From positions 92 through 64,091 of the forward strand of contig CAKZRW010000066.1 in assembly GCA_937148845.1 (NCBI GenBank): DNA of 64,000 nt, written 5' to 3'. This DNA is from an uncultured Actinomycetes bacterium. GTDB taxonomy: Bacteria > Actinomycetota > Thermoleophilia > RBG-16-64-13. The position numbers were made by a program, and so were the translations under genes. This document shows, in pieces, positions 35,880 to 44,772 of this stretch; position 1 is the stretch's first letter; each line of letters opens with the position of its first letter. The notes under the pieces are model-generated. The model was not told the DNA's origin, searched no databases, and saw only the letters and a program-made list of their open reading frames with translations.

Positions 35880-36725
35880 TCACTTAGCGTGCCTCCACTT
35901 CCGCCAGAGCAGACCCCGCTGCGGGGCAAGAAGAAAGGCGAGGATAAAAAACCCGGTCGCGACCAGGACTATCGTCCCCCCCGAGGAAAGGTCGAAGTAG
36001 TAGCTGAGATAGAGGCCGGCGACCGCCGATACGGCCCCGATTAGAGCGGAGACGACCATCATCACGGGCAACCTCCGGGTGAGCAGGTAGGCCGTGGCGG
36101 GCGGCGTCACCAGCATGGCCGCGACCAAGGCCACCCCTACGGTCGAGAGAGAGACCACTATCGTGACTGCCAACATCAAGAACAGGCCGGCTCGCAACCA
36201 ACCTACACCAAGACCAAGAGTATCGGCGAACACGGGATCGAACGACACCACGAGAAGCCTCTTGTACAGCAGCAGGACGGCTAGAAGCACAGCGGCGGCA
36301 AGTCCCCCGGTTATCCATAGGTCCGTGCTGCTAACGGCAAGAACATTCCCGAACAGAACGTGCGTAAGGTCTGCGGCATAAGAGCGCATGGTGCTGATAA
36401 GCACTACCCCCAAGGCCAGGGCCGCTGCAAAGAAGATGCCTATCGCCGTATCCTCGCGTACGCTTCCGGTCTTGGAAAGCAAACTGATGCCGAGTGCAAC
36501 CAGGACCCCGGCGACCAACGCCCCGGCTAGGAGGTTCACTCCCAGCAGGTACGCTGCCGCCACTCCCGGCAGAATAGCGTGAGCCAAGGCATCACCCAGG
36601 AAAGCCATGGATTTCAGCACGATGTAGCAGCCCACCACAGCGCACACCACACCGACCAGTACCGCCGCCCCCAAGGCGCGCTGCATGAACCCGTAGACAA
36701 ACGGCTCGGTCAACCAGTCGATCAA
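35880..36725 (-). CDS. Metal (Zn/Mn/Fe) ABC transporter permease, ZnuB/TroD family
   Basis: 281-aa polytopic protein with typical ABC-3 family motifs (LGDALAHAILPGVA). Confidence 0.88.
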   Translation of the reverse strand: MIDWLTEPFVYGFMQRALGAAVLVGVVCAVVGCYIVLKSMAFLGDALAHAILPGVAAAYLLGVNLLAGALVAGVLVALGISLLSKTGSVREDTAIGIFFAAALALGVVLISTMRSYAADLTHVLFGNVLAVSSTDLWITGGLAAAVLLAVLLLYKRLLVVSFDPVFADTLGLGVGWLRAGLFLMLAVTIVVSLSTVGVALVAAMLVTPPATAYLLTRRLPVMMVVSALIGAVSAVAGLYLSYYFDLSSGGTIVLVATGFFILAFLLAPQRGLLWRKWRHAK

Positions 36726-37507
36726 CGCCCCACCTCCCGCTCTCTACCTCCCTGACAGCACTGATCGACCACTATCACCTTCCCGTCTACGACCATCATC
36801 TGGCCACCGAACGCCTGCTGGAGATGCCGTCCGGTGAAGACGTGTTGCGGATCACCGGCAGCAACGAGACGACGGTTGAGTAGTACCACTTCATCGAACC
36901 TTTGCGAGGCCAGGTCCAGGTCATGGGTGGAGACCAACACCGTCACCTCCCGCGCCCGCAGACCTTTGAGTAGCTCGAGTATCGCTTCTCGGGTGGCCAG
37001 ATCCACTCCCGTGAAGGGCTCATCCAGCACAAGGATGTGCGGCTGCTGAGCCAGAGCCCGCGCAAGAAACACCCTCTGTTGCTGGCCACCGGAGAGCTCA
37101 CCGATCGGGCGAGAGGCGAGGGAAGACACTTCAAGCTGCTCCAAGCTCTCTGCGATGATGCGCCTATCCTCTGGGTTGAGACGCCGCAGCCAGCGGCTAG
37201 GCCTGTACCTCCCCATGGCAACTACGTCGTATACAGTGACCGGAAACCGCCAATCCACCTCTTCACGCTGAGGGACATACGCCACCGGACCCTGCCACTC
37301 GGACACGGGCCGGCCGTGAAGGCGGATCTCTCCCCGGGTCAGAGGGAGAAGTCCCACCAGTGCCTTGAACAGAGTCGACTTCCCGGCGCCGTTTGGCCCC
37401 ACCACCGCCACTTGCGCTCCATGTGCGATCCCTAAAGTGACCGAGTCAAGCGCGATGCGATTACCATAGGCGACACTTACTTCACGCAGTTCCAGAAGAT
37501 CGGGCAT
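36722..37507 (-). CDS. Metal ABC transporter ATP-binding protein, ZnuC/TroB family
   Basis: Walker A GPNGAGKST, signature LSGGQQQR, Walker B ILVLDEP. Confidence 0.9.
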   Translation of the reverse strand: MPDLLELREVSVAYGNRIALDSVTLGIAHGAQVAVVGPNGAGKSTLFKALVGLLPLTRGEIRLHGRPVSEWQGPVAYVPQREEVDWRFPVTVYDVVAMGRYRPSRWLRRLNPEDRRIIAESLEQLEVSSLASRPIGELSGGQQQRVFLARALAQQPHILVLDEPFTGVDLATREAILELLKGLRAREVTVLVSTHDLDLASQRFDEVVLLNRRLVAAGDPQHVFTGRHLQQAFGGQMMVVDGKVIVVDQCCQGGREREVGR

Positions 37508-37534
37508 CCCACTCCGCCTGTATGACCCCAGGCC

Positions 37535-38443
37535 CTAACTCAGGGCCTCTACGATACGCTTCGCGTTCCACTCCATCATCTCGATATAGGTGCGAGCAGC
37601 TTCCCCCAGGGAATGTGTGTAGAGATCAGTAATGACAGCGACCCCGGTTTCCCGCGCGATCTGTTCAGCTAGACCCGGGTCGCTGCCGGTCTCCAAGAAC
37701 ACCGCCGGGGCTCCGCTCTGCTTGACTGTCGTCACCAAGGCAACGAGTCTCTCCGCGGAGGGCGCCCCTTCCGTGTGTTGTCCGGGTAGCAGAGTGCCGA
37801 CCACTGCAAACCCGTACCTCCGGGCAAACCAGCCGAGACTCTCGTGGTTGCTGACCAGCAGGCGACGAGCGGCCGGGACGCTCTTTACCTGCTCCTCGAT
37901 CCACTCGTCCAGCTCACGAAGCCTGTGTCCGTAGCTCTCGGCGTTCGAGCTCATCGTGGTCCCCGCCTCCGGCTTCACCGTGGATAATCCCTTCACCAGG
38001 TTAGGTAGGTAGTAGTCGAGGACCATCACCGGATCGAGCCACACGTGGGGGTCTTGTTCGGCACCCGGGATCCCGGCTGAAACGTCGATCACGGGACAAC
38101 CCTTCTCGGCCGCTGCTTGTACCAGCTCTACTATCTTGGGCTCGAGACCCAGATGGGTAGCCACTATCGCATCCGCCTCTGCAATCGTCGCCGCATCCTT
38201 GGGGGTGGGTTCGAACGAATGCGGATCGACGCCTTCGGGCACGAGTGACACGATATCGAAGCTGTCTCCGGCCACTTGACGCACTATGTCAGCCAGGAAA
38301 CTCGTGTCCACTACTACCAGGGAGCCCGTCGCTGACGATCCACCCTCTGGCGATGTCCTCTCAGCACAGCCCAGAGGCCCTACCTGAGAGCCCAGGCCTA
38401 GGATGAGAAGAAGGATTGCCGCAGCGTATGAACGTCTTACCAC
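37535..38443 (-). CDS. Metal ABC transporter substrate-binding lipoprotein (TroA/ZnuA cluster)
   Basis: The GTG at 38443 follows GGGGGAGG. Lipobox LGC, DPHVWLDP motif, no His-rich loop. The upstream ~96 codons of the ORF were judged non-coding. Confidence 0.85.
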   Translation of the reverse strand: MVRRSYAAAILLLILGLGSQVGPLGCAERTSPEGGSSATGSLVVVDTSFLADIVRQVAGDSFDIVSLVPEGVDPHSFEPTPKDAATIAEADAIVATHLGLEPKIVELVQAAAEKGCPVIDVSAGIPGAEQDPHVWLDPVMVLDYYLPNLVKGLSTVKPEAGTTMSSNAESYGHRLRELDEWIEEQVKSVPAARRLLVSNHESLGWFARRYGFAVVGTLLPGQHTEGAPSAERLVALVTTVKQSGAPAVFLETGSDPGLAEQIARETGVAVITDLYTHSLGEAARTYIEMMEWNAKRIVEALS

Positions 38444-38685
38444 AGAGCCTCCCCCTTGCCCGTCACCCCGCCTAGGACTACTTGCATGACCGCTTCGCCG
38501 CCAATCGAACGCCTCCTCGTCCCTGTGCCGAGTTCTGGATGACAATGTTAGCCCCTCCCTGTCCGGCAGGCACACGAGAAGTCTTACACAAGACCAGCCC
38601 CGCCTCCCACTCCGGGAATAGGTCAGCGTCGCAAGAGGGGAAGTGCGGCCTGGCGACAGACGCAGCCCCTGCCCCAGATGACGGT

Positions 38686-38731
38686 GTGATGCCGCGGGTC
38701 GGGGGCCTAGGGCTCCGACCCGCGGCATCAC
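38686..38731 (-). repeat. Perfect 17-bp inverted repeat starting at the hisG stop codon
   Basis: GTGATGCCGCGGGTCGG - 12 nt - CCGACCCGCGGCATCAC. No U tract follows. Confidence 0.8.
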
Positions 38732-39597
38732 ATCACGATCTTGTTAAGCGGGTACTCCACGATCCCCTGAGCCCCGGCCGCCTTCAAGCGAGGGATGATA
38801 ATGCGGACGGTAGACTCATCGATGATGGTGTTCACAGCAAGCCACTCCTCGTCGCTGAGCGTGGAGACGGTCGGCTTGCGGAGAGCAGGTAGCGTCTCCA
38901 AGACTTTGGCCAGGTCCTTCCTGTGCACGTTCAGCATCAGACCCACCTTGCCCAACGCAGCGATGGCTCCTTCCAAGAGCATCGCCACATCCTCGAGCTT
39001 CTGTCGCTTAGCGGGATCCTGCCACGAATCCAGGTTGGCGATCAACTGGGTGTTAGATTCCAGCACCGTGTCGATTATGCGCAGCTTGTTGGCCCGGAGG
39101 GAACTGCCAGTCTCTGTCACTTCCACGATGGCATCCGCCAAGTCGGGCGGTTTGACCTCGGTCGCACCCCAACTGAACTCCACTCTGGCGTCCACCCCCT
39201 TTTCCGCCAGGTAGCGTTTTGTAGTAGCCACCAATTCGGTGGCAATGATCTTTCCCTGCAAGTCGTGGACGGACTGGAAAGGGGACGCCTCTGGGACCGC
39301 AAGGACCCAGCGCACCTTGCCGAAGCTCTGCTTGGCATATACCAGATTGCATACGACATGCACCGTGGCTCCGCTCTCCACAACCCAATCTAAGCCGGTG
39401 ATACCGGCGTCGAGCACTCCGTTCTCCACGTAGCGCGCCATCTCCTGTGCTCGAATCAGAACGCACTGCAGTTCCGGGTCATCGACCACTGGGTAGTACG
39501 AGCGACTGGAGGTGGTGATGTTGAAACCGGCCTTGCGGAAAAGATCGATGGTAGCCGCTTCCAGACTTCCTTTGGGAATACCCAGTTTGAGGATCAT
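38728..39597 (-). CDS. hisG: ATP phosphoribosyltransferase (long form)
   Basis: [14 protein letters not shown]-terminus, catalytic domains and a C-terminal regulatory domain. The ATG at 39597 follows GGAGAG. Confidence 0.9.
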   Translation of the reverse strand: MILKLGIPKGSLEAATIDLFRKAGFNITTSSRSYYPVVDDPELQCVLIRAQEMARYVENGVLDAGITGLDWVVESGATVHVVCNLVYAKQSFGKVRWVLAVPEASPFQSVHDLQGKIIATELVATTKRYLAEKGVDARVEFSWGATEVKPPDLADAIVEVTETGSSLRANKLRIIDTVLESNTQLIANLDSWQDPAKRQKLEDVAMLLEGAIAALGKVGLMLNVHRKDLAKVLETLPALRKPTVSTLSDEEWLAVNTIIDESTVRIIIPRLKAAGAQGIVEYPLNKIVM

Positions 39598-39811
39598 GCT
39601 CAAGTCTCTCCGATGTCTCCGAGTCTGCCCCAGACCGCTGGGCGACCCGCGTGGTAATGACGGTGCCCAGGATTATAACCCCCTGTTTGCGTTTCAAAGA
39701 CACGGGCTTTGGCGTGCTCGATCTCAAGGTGCCGAACCGTGTGGTCACGGACCCAGCCGGTCTAGGACCTGTTGATTGCTGATGCCGCTTAGGAGATTAT
39801 GACGGACAGCC

Positions 39812-41200
39812 ATGTCCGAACCTTCGCCCCATACAGACTCGCTGCCGGTTCCTCGCTCCGATTCCGTGGGTCCCGATAGACCGCGACCATTGTCGATCTA
39901 CCGAGTCCTTCAGACCTGGTGGCCGCTTGCGGCCAGCTGGGTGTTGATGGGCCTCGAAGGACCGGCGGTGAGCGCGGTGGTCTCCCGGTTGCCAGAACCC
40001 AAGGTGAACCTGGCAGCTTGGGGCGGGATAGTCTTCCCCTTGGCTCTGATGGTCGAAGCTCCCATCATCATGATGTTGGCAGCTTCCACAGCGCTCTGCC
40101 GAGATTGGCCTTCTTACCTCAAGCTTCGTCGGTTCATGACTCAGCTAGGCGTGGCCCTCACTATCGTTCACCTTGCCATTGCTGCCACGCCACTTTACTA
40201 CCTGATCGCCCGTCAAGTCATCGGCGTTCCGGAAGCCATCGTCGAACCTGCCCGCTGGGGTCTACTCCTCATGACCCCTTGGACCTGGTCGATCGCCTAC
40301 CGGCGCTTCCAACAAGGGGTGCTTATCCGCTTTGGCGGTTCTCTCAAAGTGGGGTTGGGCACTCTGGTTCGCTTTACAGCCGATGCGGCTGTCCTCACCC
40401 TTGGCTATCTTTGGGGGCGTGCCCCCGGCATAGTGGTGGCCGCATGTGCCATGACTGCGGGGGTCATGGTCGAAGCTCTCTATGCTCGCTTGGCCGTCCG
40501 GAGGACTCTGCGGGAAACATTGCGCAAAGCCCCTCTTTCTCCTCGCCCTCTGAGCACCAAGGTCATGCTGGCCTTCTACATACCCTTGTCACTCACCCAA
40601 GTCCTCATGCTGGTGGTCAATCCGGTAGCCAGCGCCGCCATGAGCCGCATGCCCCACGCTCTTGAATCCCTGGCGGCGTGGCCCGTGGTCGCGGCAGTCA
40701 ACTACATCGTGAGGGGTGGCGGCGGAGCCTTCAACGAGGTAGTAGTAGCCCTGACAGAGGAGAGGCGATCGACCTGGGCGCTTCGCCGCTGCGGCTGGCT
40801 CATTGCGGCGGGCTCCACCCTCTTCCTGGGTATACTGCTGATTCCGTCTGTGTCCCGCGCTGTGTTCGCGGGCCTCCTCGACCTGGCTGCCCCCCTGCCA
40901 AAGGTGGTGTGGCAAAGTCTATTCCTTCTCGCCCCCATGCCAGCCCTAGCGGTAGCCCAGAGCTACTTCCAAGGGCTGATACTCTATGGCAGGCACACGC
41001 GCAGTGTGACCGAATCAGTCGCACTCTCACTGGTCGTCATCAGCCTGGCTCTTACCCTCGGAGTGCTCTACGGAGCACTCACTGGTATCTACGTGGCCAT
41101 AGGAGCCCTGGTGGTGGGTGACGGCTTGCGGACGGTGTGGTTATGGGCGCGGAGCCGCGCCATCCGAGCGCGGCTCCGCGCCCGCGACGATCTGGCTTGA
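39812..41200 (+). CDS. Polytopic membrane protein, MATE/MOP-superfamily-like
   Basis: About 12 predicted TM helices. The N-terminal pattern resembles MATE transporters. Function not established. Confidence 0.5.
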   Translation: MSEPSPHTDSLPVPRSDSVGPDRPRPLSIYRVLQTWWPLAASWVLMGLEGPAVSAVVSRLPEPKVNLAAWGGIVFPLALMVEAPIIMMLAASTALCRDWPSYLKLRRFMTQLGVALTIVHLAIAATPLYYLIARQVIGVPEAIVEPARWGLLLMTPWTWSIAYRRFQQGVLIRFGGSLKVGLGTLVRFTADAAVLTLGYLWGRAPGIVVAACAMTAGVMVEALYARLAVRRTLRETLRKAPLSPRPLSTKVMLAFYIPLSLTQVLMLVVNPVASAAMSRMPHALESLAAWPVVAAVNYIVRGGGGAFNEVVVALTEERRSTWALRRCGWLIAAGSTLFLGILLIPSVSRAVFAGLLDLAAPLPKVVWQSLFLLAPMPALAVAQSYFQGLILYGRHTRSVTESVALSLVVISLALTLGVLYGALTGIYVAIGALVVGDGLRTVWLWARSRAIRARLRARDDLA

Positions 41201-41214
41201 GCGCTAGCGAGTAC

Positions 41215-41391
41215 TCAGTCTTCTTCCTTGAGTGTGAGCGGTTCCCCGCAGCATACAAAGCCTTCGACGCGGCAGGTCTCTTCCGCTTCCTCACCTTCCT
41301 CGTGACTACATTCCGCGATCACTTCGATTTCAAGGCCGCACTTCTCGCAGTAGTAGATCTCACCTTCCCGCATCTCATCGCACCGTACCAT
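41215..41391 (-). CDS. Desulforedoxin-like small Fe(Cys)4 protein with an acidic insertion
   Basis: EGEIYYCEKCG...VCCGE matches the CxxC...CC pattern of D. gigas desulforedoxin (GDVYKCELCG...VCCGE). AAGGAG lies 6 nt before the ATG. Confidence 0.65.
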   Translation of the reverse strand: MVRCDEMREGEIYYCEKCGLEIEVIAECSHEEGEEAEETCRVEGFVCCGEPLTLKEED

Positions 41392-41514
41392 GCTAGTCTC
41401 CTTAAGCTTCCACGTTTCTGCTTGGGAGTGCCCTTGTACCTGACGCAACCCTTCCAGTCAAAACGCAGCCCCAAGGAGCCGAGGCACTGGCCTTAGTGGG
41501 TCATCCCTAATCGC

Positions 41515-42036
41515 TTAACAGACAGCCTCCGGGTGGTCAAGGAACCACTTCCAGCGCTCTATGTGTCCATACTCATCGGTTTGGTCCTTCTCGATTATCC
41601 TTTTCGTCTCCTCGTCCCACTCGGCGCTGTCCAGAAGCTCAGCGTAGTGTCGGACGGCCTTGGCCTCCACCCACACGCCTGTCCTCAGGATGCTCTTGGT
41701 CCCCATGATCCTCGACCCCAAACCGAAGAGGTATCCCACGAGCCAGTAGGCAAAACGCAGCTTGCTAGGCTTGAACCCATACTCGTACAGCTTGGTCTGA
41801 AAGTCCTGCGCGTGAGTCATCTCGTTACACATAGCCGCCGTGAGCTGACGGTTGAGCTCACAGGGTCGCGAGGTGATCTGACTCTTGTATATGTTGACCG
41901 CCATGATCTCCAAAGTGTGGAGGGTTCGCAGCGCTTTACGCAGTGCTCTACGGCTAATACCGGTCAAGTCTCGGCCGCGGAACTTGACCTCTTCGGCCCT
42001 CAGTTCAGGACGAATGACAGACAAGTCGTAGTTCAT
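41515..42036 (-). CDS. COQ7-like (demethoxyubiquinone hydroxylase family) diiron carboxylate protein
   Basis: E / ExxH / E / ExxH ligands (LEIMA, NEMTHA, VEAKAVRHY, DEYGHI) and the COQ7-like PS.L....W..G...G linker. Confidence 0.7.
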   Translation of the reverse strand: MNYDLSVIRPELRAEEVKFRGRDLTGISRRALRKALRTLHTLEIMAVNIYKSQITSRPCELNRQLTAAMCNEMTHAQDFQTKLYEYGFKPSKLRFAYWLVGYLFGLGSRIMGTKSILRTGVWVEAKAVRHYAELLDSAEWDEETKRIIEKDQTDEYGHIERWKWFLDHPEAVC

Positions 42037-42227
42037 TGCCCCGCCTCGGACTTCTCAGGTTCTACGGGAGTACTTTGCTCAGCATGTTCCAGCGCCGCCC
42101 TTAGGCGCTCTCGTCTTGCCTCGAGTCGCTCTGCCTTGCCTTCCAGTAGCTCAAGCTCTCTTGCCAGGCTTTCTTCGAGGTGCATGTCTTCGCGGATAGC
42201 GTCGCGATCGCTTCCGGTCCCTTCCAT
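42033..42227 (-). CDS. Small charged coiled-coil protein (hypothetical)
   Basis: 64 aa with Glu/Arg/Leu heptad-like sequence. Its stop overlaps the COQ7-like start (ATGA). Confidence 0.4.
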   Translation of the reverse strand: MEGTGSDRDAIREDMHLEESLARELELLEGKAERLEARRERLRAALEHAEQSTPVEPEKSEAGQ

Positions 42228-42592
42228 CGACTCCCCCGCTCCTCTTGCCTGAAGGCGGCGATGCTCGCCTGCCGCCTGCAGAACGTTTCGCCTGCCGCCG
42301 TTGTCCTCATCATATACCCAGGGAAGCGACCCGGCACTCGCTCAGAGTCGGGGGACTCCGCCGCCTAACTCGCCGGCTTGCCGGGTGACCCCCGGCCAGT
42401 TGTCGGAGACCCGTCCGCCCGAGTATCCTGCGAGGCATAAGAGTCGACAGCGGACCAGCCCGGCTAGACCGCAAGCAAAGCCTGCACCTGTGTCTTGGGC
42501 CATGCTTGGCTTCGGGCCAAGCCCGAATCAGACCGGGGAGGCTGCGGCCGCTTGCCGTCTGGGCTTAGTGACCGAAGGAGGACCGAGAAACT

Positions 42593-43333
42593 ATGGAATG
42601 CCCGCACTGTCGCGCAGAGATCGAAGAGAAGCCTCACGTCTTTGCTCTCGGTATCGACCCCGACGGCGAATGGAAAGTCTCCAGTCAGCGCTGCCACGTA
42701 TGTGATCGCCTCATAGTCCGCCTGGTCGGGGAAGCCGGCACTTATCCAGCCCGCCCGGCAGGACTCATCCGAGCCCCGTTGGACGCTGCCGTGCCCCCGG
42801 AATTGGCCGCCACCTACCGTACTGCCGGTGAACTCCTCCCCTACAGTGAAGAGGCTTCGGCTGCCCTCTCGCGCCGGCTCCTGCACCGGGTGCTGGCCGC
42901 CTGTGGCCGAGCCGGCTATGGCGGACTCAGTGACCAAATCCAACGGGCGGTGGCCTCCCCGGCTCTCCCTGACTACCTCAAGGACGGCCTGAACGGCTAC
43001 GTGCGCCTCACCGGTCTGGAAAGCGACCACGTACGCAGTTACCGCCCTGATGCCTTGGTGCCTGCCGTTGCCGGCGAGGCCGACTGGCTGCTCGACCTGC
43101 TCGAGTCCCTTCTTGACTTCTACTACGTGCAGCCCGCCCGGCTCAAACGTAGGCTGGAAAGACTACAGCCTCCCAGCCCGGCTACCGACCCCGACCCGGC
43201 ACTAGTTGACCCAGACACAGCACTTTCGGAAGACGCGGGGACATCGGGACAGCGTCAGGCAGCTTCGACCCCACCGGCAGGACAGCCCGCGGGCTCGGAG
43301 TTTGGGAGCACGGGAGGTAGTGATGTCAGTTGA
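42593..43333 (+). CDS. Zinc-ribbon protein with a DUF4145-like helical domain
   Basis: CPHC...CHVC N-terminus. The central part resembles DUF4145 (AALSRRLLHRVL...). The C-terminus is low-complexity. AGGAGG lies upstream. Confidence 0.5.
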   Translation: MECPHCRAEIEEKPHVFALGIDPDGEWKVSSQRCHVCDRLIVRLVGEAGTYPARPAGLIRAPLDAAVPPELAATYRTAGELLPYSEEASAALSRRLLHRVLAACGRAGYGGLSDQIQRAVASPALPDYLKDGLNGYVRLTGLESDHVRSYRPDALVPAVAGEADWLLDLLESLLDFYYVQPARLKRRLERLQPPSPATDPDPALVDPDTALSEDAGTSGQRQAASTPPAGQPAGSEFGSTGGSDVS

Positions 43334-44651
43334 ACCGTCTACTGTTTCGGCCAGCGAGCTGAACCGGCTACGTGCTGAAGCCCTCCCCCGCGGCGTGGTC
43401 ACCGCTACGCCCTCCCTGGTCAGCTACGCCAAGAACGCCATCATAGTCGATACCGAGGGTAAGGAGTTCATCGACTTCGCCGGTGGCATCGGGGTCATGA
43501 ATGTGGGACATTCTCACCCCAAGGTCATCGCTGCCGCCCGGGCCCAGATCGAGCGCTTCGCTCACACCTCCATAAGCGTGTTCGGCTGGGAGTCCTACAT
43601 CAAGCTAGCAGACCGCCTCAACCAGAAAGCGCCAGGGCCCACCCCCAAACGCAGCTTCTTCGTGAACTCCGGGGCGGAGGCGGTGGAAAACGCCATCAAG
43701 ATAGCGCGCTGCGCGACGGGGAGACCGGGCATCGTTGCCTTCACCAACGCTTTCCACGGACGGACCAACCTGACCATGGGACTTACTTCCAAGATAGTCC
43801 CATACAAGAAGGATTTCGGTCCCTTTCCGGCTGACATCTACCGGATCCCTTACGCCTACTGTTACCGCTGCCCTCTCCACCTGAGCTACCCGGCGTGCGA
43901 CGTCGAATGCGCGGAGTTGCTCCGCCAAGGCTTCGAGAACCAGTTCCAGGCTGACCGTATCGCCTGCGTGATCGTGGAGCCGGTGCAAGGGGAGGGCGGC
44001 TTCATAGTGCCGCCGCCTGAGTATCACGCGAGACTCAAGCGCATCTGCGAGGAGCACGGGATTCTCTTCATTGCCGACGAGATCCAGACGGGATTCGGGC
44101 GCACCGGTCGCTTCTTCGCCATGGAGCACTATCAGGTCGAGGCTGACATCATGACCACGGCCAAGTCCATCGCCGCCGGATACCCGCTGGGTGGCATCAC
44201 CGGGAAGGCGGAGGTGATGGACATACCCGGACCAGGCAGCATCGGCGGGACCTTCGGGGGGAACCCGCTGGCTTGCGAAGTGGCCCTGGCCGTGTTTGAC
44301 ATCATGGAGGAAGAGCGACTGCCCGAGCGCGCGCAAGAGATAGGTCGCAGAGTGAGGGAGCGCTTCTTGGCCATGCAGAAGCGCTTCCCCCAGATCGGCG
44401 ATGTGCGCGGCCTGGGAGCCATGATGGCCATGGAGTTGGTGGAAGACCCCGACACCAAACAGCCGGCCACGGCTCTCACCAAGGCCTACCGGGCCCGGCT
44501 CTACGAGAACGGCCTTGTCAACATAATCGCGGGGACCTACGACAACGTCGTGCGCACTCTGATGCCTCTCACCATCGAGTGGGAGACGTTGGACCGCGGT
44601 TTGGACATCATGGAGGAGACTCTGGCTCAAGTGACCCAAGGAGTCGGCTAG
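43323..44651 (+). CDS. Class-III aminotransferase, 4-aminobutyrate aminotransferase-like
   Basis: DFAGGIGVMNVGH, NSGAEAVENAIK, ADEIQTGFGRTG and TTAKS (PLP lysine) motifs. Confidence 0.88.
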   Translation: MSVEPSTVSASELNRLRAEALPRGVVTATPSLVSYAKNAIIVDTEGKEFIDFAGGIGVMNVGHSHPKVIAAARAQIERFAHTSISVFGWESYIKLADRLNQKAPGPTPKRSFFVNSGAEAVENAIKIARCATGRPGIVAFTNAFHGRTNLTMGLTSKIVPYKKDFGPFPADIYRIPYAYCYRCPLHLSYPACDVECAELLRQGFENQFQADRIACVIVEPVQGEGGFIVPPPEYHARLKRICEEHGILFIADEIQTGFGRTGRFFAMEHYQVEADIMTTAKSIAAGYPLGGITGKAEVMDIPGPGSIGGTFGGNPLACEVALAVFDIMEEERLPERAQEIGRRVRERFLAMQKRFPQIGDVRGLGAMMAMELVEDPDTKQPATALTKAYRARLYENGLVNIIAGTYDNVVRTLMPLTIEWETLDRGLDIMEETLAQVTQGVG

Positions 44652-44772
44652 GACACTCCAGGATCGGCTGGGGACGTGCAGGTGCGGTAGGGTGACGCCG
44701 CGAGACACCAGCCGGAGACGCAGCGGACGGGGAAGAGACCCACACCACAGACCCGCGGGAGCCCAAGACCAC

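Noticed and set aside
38444-38731. N-terminal ~96 codons of the SBP ORF ([10 protein letters not shown]...)
   Set aside because: Arg/Pro-rich. It includes the hisG-stop palindrome, which also creates the mirror ORF 38482..38892. The lipoprotein signal and strong RBS are at 38443.
38686-38731. hisG-stop hairpin as a canonical intrinsic terminator
   Set aside because: No U tract follows the stem on the transcribed strand.
39672-39677. A perfect TATAAT on the minus strand upstream of hisG, as its promoter
   Set aside because: No acceptable -35 at 16-18 nt (TTGAAA is only 14 nt away), and the same bases read TATAAC on the plus strand. Too ambiguous to list as a feature.
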